DNA of 64,000 nucleotides from assembly GCA_963771045.1 (NCBI GenBank), contig CAVYRW010000004.1, positions 320,001-384,000 of the forward strand. Direction: 5' to 3'. The position numbers were made by a program, and so were the translations under genes. This DNA comes from Waddliaceae bacterium. Its GTDB lineage: Bacteria > Chlamydiota > Chlamydiia > Chlamydiales > SLFE01. Each line of letters opens with the position of its first letter. The first letter of the stretch is position 1. Below, piece by piece: positions 31,641 to 43,536 of the stretch. The notes beneath the pieces were generated by a model, which saw nothing but the letters and a program-made list of their open reading frames with translations, was not told the DNA's origin and ran no database searches.

Positions 31641-33107
31641 ATGAAGCTGTTTAAATTGATCAAAGATCTTTCCGTTGACGAAGTTTATGGATCGAAAACC
31701 ATTGAGGTTACAGGGATTAGCAATCATTCGGGGCGTGTCGGGCCTGGCAATCTTTTTATTGCAAAGAAGGGCTCTGTAACAGACGGCAACCTCTACACGC
31801 CTGAAGCGATAGCCGCCGGAGCGGCGGCGATAGTGACTGATATCTATGATCCCTCCTTGAAAAACGTCACGCAAATTGTCTGTCGAAATATTCAGAAAAT
31901 CGAAGGCCTTTTGGCTGCGAGGTATTACGGCAACCCATCTCTTGAATTGCATATGATCGGTGTCACCGGAACAAAAGGGAAAACAACTACGACCTATTTA
32001 ATCCGGCATCTTCTGAATAAACTGCAGATGCCATGCGGCCTGATGGGAAGCATCGAATATTGCACGGGAGGGCATCATTATCCCGCCTCTCATACCACTG
32101 CCGATGTCCTCACCAACCAGCGGATGCTTCGTGAAATGATCCAGGGAAATTGCCGGGCTGCTGTCATGGAGGTCTCTTCGCACGCGCTTGATCAAAGGCG
32201 CGTCGACTGCATTGATTTCGATATTGCCATTTACACCAACCTCTACCCCGACCATCTGGATTATCACGGGGATATGGAGGAATATATTAGGTCCAAAAAC
32301 ATACTCTTTGCTAAGTTGACCGATTCATCAAAAAAGATTGTTTATAACGCCGACTGCGGCATGCGGCAGAGAGTTTTGGAAGGTTCTAAAGCCTCGCTTT
32401 TTTCCTATAGCGTCGAGTCTCCTTCGGACCTGAAAGCCCGGAATGTCAATTTGAGTGCCGAAGGAAGTTTTTTCGAAGTGGTTTATGAAAATCAGGTCTA
32501 TTCCTGCCGCTCTCCGATTGTAGGGCTTCATAATATTTACAATGTGCTGGCGGCACTTGCAGCAGGAGTGGTTTCAGGATTTTCCCTTCCCCATCTCATT
32601 GAAAGCTTAAATGGCTTCCCTCAAGTTCCCGGTAGGCTGGAGAGAGTGCCCAATCCCCTCGGATTGCAGATTTATGTTGATTTCGCTCATACCGGAGATG
32701 CGGTTGAAGCCGTTCTCAAAAGCCTGCTTCCTTTAAAAAGGGGCAAGCTCATCACTGTTTTCGGATGCGGCGGCGACCGCGACCCCGGGCGGCGCTCCTC
32801 GATGGCAAAAGCCGTGGAAAAATATGCCGATTTCGCTATTGTCACATCGGACAACCCAAGGTCTGAAGACCCTCAAAAAATTATTGGCGAAATTATTCGC
32901 GGGTTTTCGTCCTTGGATCGGGCGGCGATTGAAGCCGACCGCGCCCTGGCGATTGAAAAAGCCGTCGATATGGCCTCTGATGATGATCTGATACTGATTG
33001 CCGGAAAGGGGCATGAGAAATATCAAATTTTTGCAAACAAAAGGATTGAGTTCGATGATTGTAAAGTCGCTTCGGGCATTTGCAGGAAAAAAATGGCGGC
33101 TGTTTAG
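31641..33107 (+). CDS. murE: UDP-MurNAc-tripeptide synthetase
   Basis: GVTGTKGKTTT, MEVSSHAL, DHLDYH, DNPRSE, AGKGHE. Confidence 0.97.
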   Translation: MKLFKLIKDLSVDEVYGSKTIEVTGISNHSGRVGPGNLFIAKKGSVTDGNLYTPEAIAAGAAAIVTDIYDPSLKNVTQIVCRNIQKIEGLLAARYYGNPSLELHMIGVTGTKGKTTTTYLIRHLLNKLQMPCGLMGSIEYCTGGHHYPASHTTADVLTNQRMLREMIQGNCRAAVMEVSSHALDQRRVDCIDFDIAIYTNLYPDHLDYHGDMEEYIRSKNILFAKLTDSSKKIVYNADCGMRQRVLEGSKASLFSYSVESPSDLKARNVNLSAEGSFFEVVYENQVYSCRSPIVGLHNIYNVLAALAAGVVSGFSLPHLIESLNGFPQVPGRLERVPNPLGLQIYVDFAHTGDAVEAVLKSLLPLKRGKLITVFGCGGDRDPGRRSSMAKAVEKYADFAIVTSDNPRSEDPQKIIGEIIRGFSSLDRAAIEADRALAIEKAVDMASDDDLILIAGKGHEKYQIFANKRIEFDDCKVASGICRKKMAAV

Positions 33108-33778
33108 TTTTCTTGTATCGATTGCTTTGCTTGCAGCCTCCTGTTCCCACCCCCGCGTCATTGTTGTTAAGCAAGAGCCGATTGCCATGGATGTTCCCCA
33201 TTTAATGAGGGGGCCGGTCATCGTCGTTGATGCCGGCCATGGAGGAAAAGATTTCGGAGCCAATTCAAAATCCCCTTATTATGAAGAAAAGGCCCTAGCC
33301 CTGGAAACCGCCTTTTTACTTGAGCACTACCTTCAAAGAATGGGCTATCGTACGGTTCTGACCCGTTCTGAAGATGTTTTCATTCCGTTAAAGAAGACGG
33401 GCCGGCATTGCCAATGATCTGGGGTCAAAGCTCTTTGTGAGCATGCACTACAACTCTGCCCCGAGCGACAAGGCTCATGGCATCGAAGTCTTTTATTACC
33501 TGTCTGATACGAATAAAAGACGCACTATAGGCTCAAAAAATCTGGCCGAAAATGTTTTAAGAGAAGTGACCGGCGCCACTGGAGCGAAGTCCCGCGGCGT
33601 CAAGCATGGCGATTTTGCCGTCATCAGAGAAACCAAAATGCCGGCCGTTCTAGTTGAGTCCGGTTTTTTGACAAATCCTGAAGAGAGGCAGCGCATCCTG
33701 CAGCGCTCTTATATGAAGCAGCTTGCCTATGGAGTGGCCAAAGGGGTCGATGACTACCTGAAAAGGACTCACAATTAG
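33055..33778 (+). CDS. amiA: N-acetylmuramoyl-L-alanine amidase (apparent frameshift near 33395; start uncertain)
   Basis: VDAGHGGKD, EK, SMHYNS, AVLVESGFLTN. Confidence 0.9.
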
Positions 33779-33803
33779 CAACTTAGTCCGGATTAGAAAG
33801 AGA

Positions 33804-33877
33804 TGTCCTCGGCGCGATTCGAACGCGCGACCTAGCGCTTAGGAGGCGCTCGCTCTATCCAGCTGAGCTACGAGGAC
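33804..33877 (-). tRNA. tRNA-Arg(CCT)
   Basis: GTCCTCGTAGCTCAGCTGGATAGAGC; anticodon arm AGCGC-CTCCTAA-GCGCT; T-loop GTTCGAATC. Confidence 0.96.
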
Positions 33878-34089
33878 ATAGCTCTAATACTAAATTCTAC
33901 GAAAAAAAATGTCTACAAACAATTCCTTACATTGAAGATTTTGACATTTATTTTTGTCTTGTGCATTATTAAGTTGTAATTGTTTGCTAATTAAAAATTT
34001 ATGTTACCGGCTCTCATCCGCATTGTGTCCTTAATCATGATCGGTTATCTTAAGGGTATATCCAAAAGAGAATTTCAAGGGGTTTAGTT

Positions 34090-35544
34090 ATGGCAGATGC
34101 AGACATCGGACTTATCGGTCTTGCCGTTATGGGGCAAAACCTGGTCCTGAATATGAATGATCATGGATATACTGTGGCGGTTTTCAACCGAACGGTGTCT
34201 AAAGTCGACGACTTTCTGAATGGTCCCGCTAAAGGGACAAAGATTATTGGCAACCCACGACCTTAAAGAATTTATCTCCAAACTGAAAAGACCTCGCAAA
34301 GTGATGCTTATGGTGAAGGCCGGACAGGCAGTCGACGCTTTTATCGACAAAGTTGTCCCCTTGCTAGACAAAGGCGATATCATCATCGACGGCGGCAACA
34401 GCCGTTTTACCGATACCAACCGTCGTACCGAGGATCTCAAGAAAAAAGGAATACTCTTTGTCGGCACCGGAATATCCGGAGGGGAGGAGGGCGCCCGCCA
34501 TGGACCTTCGATCATGCCGGGGGGAAATCCCGACGCCTGGCCGCATGTTAAAGAAATTCTGCAGTCGATAGCGGCAAAAGCCGATACCGGAGAGCCTTGC
34601 TGCGATTGGGTTGGTGAAAATGGGGCCGGACACTATGTCAAAATGATTCACAACGGGATCGAGTACGGAGATATTCAAATCATTTGCGAAGCTTATCAGC
34701 TTCTCCACCAGGGACTGGGGCTGACGGCCGATGAGCTGCACGATATTTTCACTAAATGGAATGAAGGGTGTTTTGAGCAGCTACCTGATCGAAATCGCCA
34801 GCCACATATTTACCCATATGGATCAGGACGGCAGGCCTCTTGTGGATAAAATCCTCGATGTCGCCGGGCAAAAAGGGACGGGAAAATGGGCCTGTATCGA
34901 TGCTCTGGAGCTCGGATTTCCTCTGACACTTATTTCCGAGGCGGTTTTTGCCCGCTGCCTTTCCGCGATGAAGGAAGAAAGGGTCAACGCAAGCAGTATT
35001 CTGAAGGGACCCGACTCGCTTTTTGCCGGCAATCAAAAAGAATTCATTAATGATCTTAAGCAGGCTCTCTATGCTTCGAAGATCGTCAGCTACGCGCAAG
35101 GGTTTATGCAGATGCGCGAGGCGTCTAAAGAGTATAACTGGAACATCAATTACGGAAGCGTTGCTTTGATGTGGCGCGAAGGCTGCATCATTCGAAGCAA
35201 ATTTTTAGGCAATATCAAAGAAGCTTATGATAACAACCCGAAGCTAGACAGCTTGCTGCTCGACAATTTTTTCCACGACGCGATCGCCAAAGGCGCAGGA
35301 AGGATGGAGGCGGGTTGTGATCAAAGCGATAGAACTTGGGGTCCCAACGCCTGCGTTTAGCACAGCTCTCGCTTTTTACGACGGATATAGAACCTCAAGG
35401 CTTCCGGCAAATCTGCTTCAGGCTTTAAGAGATTATTTTGGCGCCCATACGTACGAGCGGGTGGACCAGCCGCGAGGAAAATTTTTCCATACAAACTGGA
35501 CAGGAACCGGAGGCAAAGTTAGCGCAACATCATATAATGTTTAA
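34090..35544 (+). CDS. gnd: 6-phosphogluconate dehydrogenase (three apparent frameshifts)
   Basis: [46 protein letters not shown]. Confidence 0.95.
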
Positions 35545-35591
35545 GGAATAAAACATTGGCGGGCCGCATGAAGGCTCGCCGCATAAGCACT

Positions 35592-37845
35592 ATGAATTTA
35601 CTCGGAAAAATATCAAAGCTTTTCTCTTCCAATCAAGAAAATGAAAGCGACGAAAAAGGATTCGGCACACTCATGGGTGTGTTTATCCCGAATATTACTT
35701 TCATGTTCGGGGTCATTATTTTCCTCCGTCTTGGCGTGGTTGTCGGAACAGTCGGCCCCTGGTGGATGGCGGCTATTTTGCTTCTTTCTGCCGTCATCAT
35801 GATTTTGACATCTCTTTCGATCACTGCCATCGTGACAAATATGAAAGTAGGAACGGGAGGGGTGTATTATATTATTTCCCGATCAGTTGGCATTGAAATC
35901 GGCGGAGCCATCGGTTTTGCTCTGTATGCCGCTCAAATCTGTTCGATTTCTCTATGCGTCAGCGGCTTTGCCTACTCTCTCCAGGATTTTATGGGCAATA
36001 TCAACATTTTTTTAGTCGAAGTGATCACGATAGCCCTTTTGGCTTTGCTGACTTTAGTCTCAACCTCTTCGGCTCTGAAAACGCAGCTGTTGATTTTTGT
36101 GATTCTCATTCTTGCATCATTTCCATTCTATACGGCAATGCCGAGAATCTCCCCGAGGCCACTTTGCCGGCATTTTATATCGGGGGGCTTGGATTCTGGG
36201 CGGCATTTTCAGTAATTTACCCCGCTATGACAGGAATCGAGGCTGGTATGGCGATGTCTGGAAACTTAAAAAATCCTTCCCGGTCTCTTCCGATCGGCAA
36301 TATCACATCGCTGCTCTTTGCAGGCGCCACTTATCTCATTCTGGCGATTTTTCTCTATCGCAACGTACCGACAGATATTTTGGCCTCCGACCCTTTTGCG
36401 GTGATCGACTTTGCGCGGTGGAGATCTTTGATTTTGCTCGGGATCTGGGGAGCGACCCTCTCGAGTGCATTGGGATGTCTTCTTGGGGCTCCCAGAATGC
36501 TTCAGAGTTTTGCAGAAGACGGCATTATACCCGAAATATTTTCACAGACCTTTGGAAAGCATGGCGAACCGAGATATTCCATATTGCTTACTTTTCTTTT
36601 ATCTTTAATTCTCCTCATGTCGACGACAATCGATCAGATCATCCCGATATTGGCGATGATATGCCTGATTTCCTATGGAACGCTCAATTCCGTGGCTCTG
36701 TTTGCAGAAATTATCAACAGCCCCAGCTGGCGTCCGGCAGTCAGAGTTCACTTGGCTGGTTTCTTTTCTAGGGGCGCTGCTTTGCCTTTTTGTTATGTTC
36801 ATGATCGATTCCGGCTGGGCCTTTACGGCAATTCTTCTCGTGATTGCCATTTATCTTGTCATTTCAAGGAAGCAGGTTCCGGTCAGCTTTCAGGATTTTA
36901 GGGAAAGTTTGATTTTCTTTGTCTCCCGTCTGGCCCTATACCGTCTTTCGGATTCTATCACTCATGCGATTCACTGGCATCCGCAGCTTCTGGTATTCAC
37001 AAGCGCACCCGTCCAGCAGGAAAAGATGATACGGCTTGTTCATTCTCTCACTAAGCGAAGCGGCATATTGACCTATTCTGCAGTCCTTACAGCCCCGCAT
37101 TTTGAAGATGAGTATCAGATCAATACATTGAAGAATTCCTTGACGAGTATTTCAGAAAAATTGGATTGACCTGTTTGACTGTCGTTCAGACCTATCCGAC
37201 AATCCAGGAAGGGATTGTCAACCAGATTAAATCTTTCGGAATCGGACCCATTTCTCCGAATACGATTGTCCTTGGGCTGTCTCATTTTGAATCTGAAACC
37301 GTCAACTATGTAGAAATTCTCGATACTGCAAAAATAGACAAAAAGAATGTTTTGATTTTTTCTTCCGGAGGGAAAGAAATTTCCGACAACATTTTTGCAA
37401 AGCGGCTAAGAAAGATGCAAAAAGAGATCGATATATGGTGGGACGGCACCTACCGGAATAACTTTGAACTGATGCTCTCTTATACCACAACGTTGACAGA
37501 CGGCATAATATGGGGAAATACCGATGTAACTTTGAAAAGCGTTGTTTCGGATGAAGGGGCCAAGGAAAATCTCGAAGCCTATTTTCGGGGCTATTTAACC
37601 GAAAGCCGGTTGAAATTCGGCCTTGAGGTCTATGTTGAACCCGGATCTCAGGATTTTCTTCCCTATATATCCAAGCACTCCTACGATTCTCATTTGACCT
37701 TTGTCGGCCTTCCCCAATCTGAGACGAAGAAGAGACCGTCCGTCATATCGCTCAAATCAAGGAACAGCTCGAAACAATGGGTCCTGTCGCTCTCGTCGCC
37801 TGTTTTGACAACATCGACCACAAAGAAATCTACGATAAAAGGTAG
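35592..37845 (+). CDS. APC superfamily permease, SLC12/cation-chloride cotransporter-like (several apparent frameshifts)
   Basis: GVIIFLRLG, GGVYYIISRSVG, PAMTGIEAGMAMSGNLKNP, WHPQLLVF, PNTIVLG. Confidence 0.85.
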
Positions 37846-38301
37846 AAATAGCAGATCGGCCCAGCGCTTTTTCCAAGGGACGCAGTTCAACGAATGTTTA
37901 TTGAAATTATTAGTTTTCAAACTTAAAATTGATTTTAATGTATGTGTATGTTATTATCATCTAATGATAAATTAATCAAGCTTTTTATAAATAACAAATA
38001 GGAGCGTAAAAGATGACCCCAAGTTTTTCTGACTTTTTCAAGTCATTTTATTATTCAAATAATTATGTGCCTTCAGTAGATTTAGGTGAACAAGGATTGT
38101 CAAGACATTTATTGGAAAATGAAGATAAAGACGCTGCAGCAATTGTACAGCAATTAATATCTATTCCTGAGGTCCAGTCAGTTCTTTCTGAACCATTAAC
38201 TTATGATACAACAGAGATCAATAAAAAGAATACTATTCTTAAAAACCATGATTTTAAGCTGCTAAGTAGCAAGCCTAATCTACTAACTAAGAAAAGGATT
38301 C

Positions 38302-39920
38302 GTATCTGTTCACGGGGGTACCCCCCCAGGGGGAGTCGTAAACTTCTAACACGTTTTGTTAACCGAGAACTACCTCGTGAATTTGTGTCGTAGGAAACCG
38401 TTTTCTATTTTGAAAATATCGGCGGCGCTTGTCCGCCATGAATGTATGCTTTAAAACATTCGGTAAAATAATCGAACGAATTTTGAGCACGTAACTTCAA
38501 TGTCATACCAACTGTTAACACCCGTTCGACAAATCGCTCACCTTCTTCTGATTGTGAGCCAAAGCATAGCTTCCTCCAAATGACTCCGCCTCTAAGACGT
38601 TGCTCGGCTGTATTGTTAGTCGGTTCGATATTCTCATGATAGGCAAATACCCATAACATCTCGAACCGTCCAAAAAAATCAGCGCAAGTCGACCTCGTTT
38701 TATTGCAACATTCTTTGTGAATTGCACCAGCTTTGAGGAGGACTTTCAAATCTTCTTTTGGGCCTATTTCGATCTTCTCGATCAGTTCGTCCCTTGCAAT
38801 CTCACCGTTTTTGTAGCTATGCCAAAGATTGAATATCGACTTTTTACACTCTAACAACCGTTCCCCGATCCATTTATCAAATCCATCCCTGCCTGCAATC
38901 TTTTCAAAATCTCTATCTGCATGCGACCAGCAAAGTTGTCGCAGACCTTCATGCGAATTATAGGCATTATAGCGATCGGTTGTTAAACCCCCTTTGAAAG
39001 AACCAAAGATCTCGCGGAATGCCTTGTTGCTGCGTGAAGCCTTGATTGCGAAAAACACAGTTTCCTTGCCGCTTCCGACCCAAATCCATCTCTTTTCCAA
39101 CTCGTTTCATCGGCATAAATATGTTCTTCATTTAGAGTGTGTGTCCTAATTTCTTCGTATGGTGCTTTTAAAATCTGACTAGCTCGGACATGGATTTTAC
39201 ACACGCTGCCGGAACATATCCGAATATTGAGTCTGCCCATTAGAGCACAGACTTGACGTTTGGATAATCTAAACTCTCCTGAAAGAGAAGTGACGAAACC
39301 CATTAATCGGGGACCAAAACCAAATCGCGCTTCTTCGGGAATATCAGCCTTTACATGCTTACCACATCCGCTACACTGACAGGTGTGAATGTTGTATTGA
39401 GTAACTTCCGGAGGAGCGTCCGGTAATTCCACTACTTGTCGTACATCCGTTCTGACCACCTCCGAATTAAACGAGTGGGAGTGGCAGTTCGGACAAGTGT
39501 CCGGCTTTATGTTATGCAGCGACTGCACCTGATTAATTGGAACTAGTTGACGGGGGTGGCCCTTATGACCTTTTTGTGCTCCCTGTTTACGCCCCGTAGG
39601 TTCCTTTTTTCTTTGAGCTCTGAAGGGATCTTGCGAGGGGGGCTTAGAGCTATTCGAAGAGTTGGTGTTGAGTTTATCTTCGAGCTCCTTAACTTTTGCC
39701 TTGAGTGCCTGGTTTTCCTTTTTGAGGATTTCAATTTCCTCCAAGGCTTTATTCAGCTTTTCAAAGAGTTCTTCGTAGGTTGGCTTCATGTTATAAAGTG
39801 GTTTTGAACAACCAGAATAATAATAAAAATCTTATTTTATGCCGTATAAAATTTTTATTATTTTTGTGGGGTAGCGCGCGAGGCGGTAGCCGTTCCTAGA
39901 GTTACCCCGTGAACGGATAC
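38302..39920 (-). mobile_element. IS66 family element, single-ORF (ISBst12-like) type, 1619 bp
   Basis: TIRs GTATCTGTTCACGGGG / (rc) GTATCCGTTCACGGGG; 8-bp duplication AAGGATTC. Confidence 0.95.
38405..39789 (-). pseudogene. IS66 transposase with frameshift near 39095
   Basis: NSSNSSKPPSQD, GAQKGHKG, Zn-finger cysteines, ADETSW, TTDRY, QLCWSH, EPTNNTAEQRLR. Confidence 0.92.
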
Positions 39921-40029
39921 AAGGATTCCTTTTTATAGCGTCATTGAACATGACAAATTAGAAGGGCTTTGTTGCGTAATTAACCACAGAGCTCACAAGA
40001 GCGCACAGAGAGAATATGAGAGATTTGAT

Positions 40030-40974
40030 TTAAGCTGCTATTAATTCACTTTCAGGCATTCCCAGCTTTGTCATTATATTTAGTGCTTCACATTTTGCCC
40101 TTGATTCAGCCCTTTGGGTTTCCAGAGTTCTACTTCTTAAATCATTTCCAAAGAATCGTTTAAATCTAAACATGGCTGTTTCTGCAAGTGATCGACGATG
40201 ATAACCTTTCAACTTTTTCCATAATTTTCTTGCATCATCATCACCTCCTAAACCTGAAATTTCCAGCAAACTGATATTCCGCATCTTCCAAGAAGGAGAT
40301 ATGTTTTCTCGAAAAACAGCATTCCTATTGGGTGGAATAATAGGAATTGAGCCGTGAACTACATTTGCAGCATAGCATCGCTTAGTATCATAAGCCCCAT
40401 CTCCATATGTGCGCTTAACTGATTTCGGCATTACCTCGAGAAGTTTTGGATACACTTCACAATCTGCAACGTTATTTTCAGTAAGAATTTCGAAAATAAT
40501 TTCGTGAGAGTCAGGGCAGACTGCCAGATGGAGCTTTCTCCATGTTCGCCTTTTACTGATTCCATGCTGCCTAACTTTCCATTCACCCTCTCCGTACACT
40601 TTCAAACCGGTTGAATCGATTACAATATTGGTGACTTTTTTTTTCGAAAGTTTCTTCAACTCTTGCCCCAACAACTTAGCTCTCCGACAAATTTGAGTAT
40701 AAGAAGGAATCGATAAACCAACAGATAAAATCATAACAAGAGATGTCAAAAATCCTTCGAGTGCTCTCAATGGAAGATGAAAAACCGATCGAATAATGAG
40801 CGCGGTGAGAATAGCGTCATCAGAATAGAGTTTTGGACGCCCCTTTTTTCCTATTTCTTTTGGAGCCATCCACTTATTGATAGCATCTTCAGAAAACCAA
40901 ACAGTTATGCTTCCCCTTTGAATAAGAGATTTGTTATAGTCGTTCCAGTTGCGAATGCGATATTTTGCCTTCAT
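40030..40974 (-). CDS. IS5/IS903-group transposase
   Basis: Protein identical to 22807-23751. Confidence 0.97.
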   Translation of the reverse strand: MKAKYRIRNWNDYNKSLIQRGSITVWFSEDAINKWMAPKEIGKKGRPKLYSDDAILTALIIRSVFHLPLRALEGFLTSLVMILSVGLSIPSYTQICRRAKLLGQELKKLSKKKVTNIVIDSTGLKVYGEGEWKVRQHGISKRRTWRKLHLAVCPDSHEIIFEILTENNVADCEVYPKLLEVMPKSVKRTYGDGAYDTKRCYAANVVHGSIPIIPPNRNAVFRENISPSWKMRNISLLEISGLGGDDDARKLWKKLKGYHRRSLAETAMFRFKRFFGNDLRSRTLETQRAESRAKCEALNIMTKLGMPESELIAA

Positions 40975-41058
40975 CTTGATCCTCCAATTTGTTGCAACTA
41001 AAAATTAGAGTATTAGGTATTTGTCGGCAAGCTCGCATTCGCCCTTTTTGGAGAAAAG

Positions 41059-41466
41059 ATGACTAGTACCCACACAACTGAAGAAGCCAACCAAAAAAGA
41101 AATGACCTTTTAACAGGGGAAATCATAGGTGCTGCGATTGAAGTTCATCGAAGATTAGGTCCAGGCTTGCTTGAATCGACATACGAAACTTGTCTTTGCT
41201 ACGAGTTGAACCTTGCGGGTTTGAAAGTTAACCGGCAGATACCAGTACCTATTATTTATCGTGATAAAAAGCTAGACTCAGGCTACCGGATCGATATGAT
41301 AGTGGAAGATAAGGTTATTTTGGAGATAAAATCTGTGGCCAATTTCTTGCCTGTTCATGAGGCCCAACTTCTATCCTATCTTAAGCATAATGGTGGTGGC
41401 AGAGGTTTGCTCATCAATTTCAATGTAAAACTTCTAAAAAATGGGATTAGGCGTCTAATCATTTAA
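41059..41466 (+). CDS. GxxExxY protein
   Basis: One residue differs from copy 1 (ANFLP vs ANLLP). Confidence 0.95.
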   Translation: MTSTHTTEEANQKRNDLLTGEIIGAAIEVHRRLGPGLLESTYETCLCYELNLAGLKVNRQIPVPIIYRDKKLDSGYRIDMIVEDKVILEIKSVANFLPVHEAQLLSYLKHNGGGRGLLINFNVKLLKNGIRRLII

Positions 41467-42517
41467 TTCCTCTCTCATAATCTCTCAGTGAGCTCGGTGG
41501 TCTCAGTGGTGATTTATGCAACAACGCCAATTAGAAGGGTGGATTATTAAATCTGGAGCTACTAGAATCCCAGAAGGACTGTTGCTTATTGGACCAATGA
41601 ACGATAAAAACGAAATGGCTTTTTTCACTGATGAAGAGAGTCTTCTAAGAATAGAAATGGCAAATCGAGTGCAAAAAGTCGCTCAGGAAGCCAACATTGA
41701 TGTAGTTCTTCCGAAGAAAAAACTAGTTGCATATTCCAATTTGAACGGAGAAACTAAACCTACTAGGAAATACTGTGTTGTTTGTGAAAAAATCAACATT
41801 TTAAGTGTTGAAGATACCATTCAAACTATACAAAACATGGATGTAAAACATCAAAAAGAAATAGCAAGAAAAATATCGACCATAGTACAAAGGGCTGGTT
41901 TTGTAGACGCAACCTTTGACAATATCCGCTTAACACCCAAAGGAAAACTAGCTTTTATCGACACTGAGCCAGCTGGTTTAATGGTTGCAAAGAAACCAGG
42001 TTTGCGGAATAAGTTTTTCGGCCCCAAGGGGGCAAGCGTTGAAAAATGTGCAAGAATTGGCTTGTTCTGCCTCAGGAATCAACCTATCAAGACCACCTCA
42101 GGTGAATACACTAATATGCAAAGTGAACCTGGTTTAAAAAGCTTCTGCGATGAAGTGCAAGCTCGCTATGAAAAGGTGACCACTCCAAAATTATCTAAGA
42201 GGAAAATCACATTAAGCGTTGTCAGTGTGGGACTTATTCCGCTTATCAATGCAATTAGAGCTTTAGTAAAAACAAAGTTAACTAAACGAACATTCGAAAA
42301 GTTACTAGATATGGATACTTCTTTTCTGGATCAGAAAGTGGCATGTGGCTTTTGCAAAACTCAAGATGAACAGAAACGTTTAGAAAAGGAATACCAAGAA
42401 AAAAGAACGCCTATTGCAAAGAAATTTTTTGCTTATACGGAAGGTGTTCCTTATGTTGCCGCTTAACCGGCATTTAACCGGATCTTTAGACAAGTTTAAG
42501 CCTAAGGTGTATGCCTT

Positions 42518-42585
42518 GAGTTTTATGCAAAATCGGCAGACAAGTTGGCCAAATTAGCCAAGAGACTGCTAGGAAGCGGGTTAGA
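42518..42585. repeat. Partial relative of the nqrB-nqrC intergenic element
   Basis: GAGTTTTATGCAAAATCGGCA is the exact reverse complement of 9642-9662; the distal end is weakly similar. Confidence 0.6.
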
Positions 42586-43536
42586 TCAAAAAGATTGAAT
42601 TTCTTCCTCACTATTTTCCGGGTGGATTTGCTTCCGGTTGTAGATCAGGATTTGGTTGTAAATTCCGAAAATGTTTGCAGGGCTCGGTTCTGTTGCAAAG
42701 AGAATCATCAGGTCTAACATTTGCTTGTCGTGAACGGTTTTGGGACTAAAGCTGCAAGGATCGTCAAAGTCGATCAATTTCAGATTATTCCCTTGGACAA
42801 TGATATTATTCGGCATCCAATCCAGATGAGGAATGTGATACAGCCTTTGTATTTCACTTTTCAGAAGCGAAGGAGCGGGTAAGCATCCTTTCAGCATCTT
42901 AAAAGTCACGAGATTGATTCCCGGAAGCCAGGCGGTTACTGTGGGATGGGAACCATAATTTTTATAAAGATACTTTTCTTCATACGAACTTTGGATATAT
43001 CTGACCCGGTTACCGTCGCTTGCCGGTTCCAGCCATTGGGTGCGTTTTAAGTAAGTAATACGATGTTGAGCGTGATAGAGGTTTGAGTCATCCGATAACA
43101 CGCAGATAAAATTGTGCGAAAGAAGAGGGCAGCTGCGGGATTGATCGACATCATCAACACAGACAATCACGTTTTCTCCAAGGTTGTATAGAGTTTGTGC
43201 ATACCTATGGGACAGGGCCGTATGAGATTCTTGCGAAAAAACGATGTCAAAATGTTCGCACTCCCCTAAATGAACAAGATCGCTTCTCCTGCATTTTTTT
43301 TTCAGTTGGATGCAATTTGGCGGCAGGGGCTGTATCTCTTCGTGGTCAATAATGACAAAAACTCCTTCGAATTCCTTAGCCAAAACTTCAACGATGGGAG
43401 TGGAATTTTTGCCAAGACCTAAGAAGGTAATCGGTCTGTTATATAAGCTTGCGATTTCTTTTAAATAGTCTAGAGATGCAGCGTGAGAAAGCAAAGGGAT
43501 AAGGAGAAAAACGATCAGGCACCCTCTAAGGAGCAT
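42586..43536 (-). CDS. Signal-peptide protein with degenerate methyltransferase-like N-half and kinase-like C-half
   Basis: RPITFLGLG, EHFDIVF; HLDWMPNNII...LIDFDD catalytic-loop-like motifs. Confidence 0.6.
   Translation of the reverse strand: MLLRGCLIVFLLIPLLSHAASLDYLKEIASLYNRPITFLGLGKNSTPIVEVLAKEFEGVFVIIDHEEIQPLPPNCIQLKKKCRRSDLVHLGECEHFDIVFSQESHTALSHRYAQTLYNLGENVIVCVDDVDQSRSCPLLSHNFICVLSDDSNLYHAQHRITYLKRTQWLEPASDGNRVRYIQSSYEEKYLYKNYGSHPTVTAWLPGINLVTFKMLKGCLPAPSLLKSEIQRLYHIPHLDWMPNNIIVQGNNLKLIDFDDPCSFSPKTVHDKQMLDLMILFATEPSPANIFGIYNQILIYNRKQIHPENSEEEIQSF

Larger units (their letters stand above)
39965..41528 (-). mobile_element. IS903-group element with GxxExxY passenger, copy 2 (inverted), 1564 bp
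   Basis: Same TIRs as copy 1; own 9-bp duplication AATTAGAAG at 39956-39964 and 41529-41537. Confidence 0.96.
38013..42466 (+). pseudogene. Kinase-like hypothetical gene (417 aa when reconstructed) interrupted by IS66 and the IS903-like element
   Basis: 38013-38301 + 39929-39964 + 41538-42466 = 1254 nt in frame: KKRIPFYSVIEHDKLEGWIIKSG; motifs DATFDNI and AFIDTE. Confidence 0.88.

Noticed and set aside
34001..34087. 28-codon ORF ending just before gnd
   Set aside because: No RBS or recognisable motif; cannot be distinguished from chance
37846..37975. C-terminal extension of ORF 37166-37975
   Set aside because: Probably an artefact of a frameshift near 37730; a plausible permease end lies at 37845
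22253..41528. Composite transposon or inversion bounded by the two inverted IS903-like copies
   Set aside because: Each copy keeps its own matched duplication and both host genes rejoin, so no joint movement or inversion has occurred; the interval holds core genes
42463..42481. TTAACCGG direct repeat as an excision footprint
   Set aside because: Too short and unsupported by element ends
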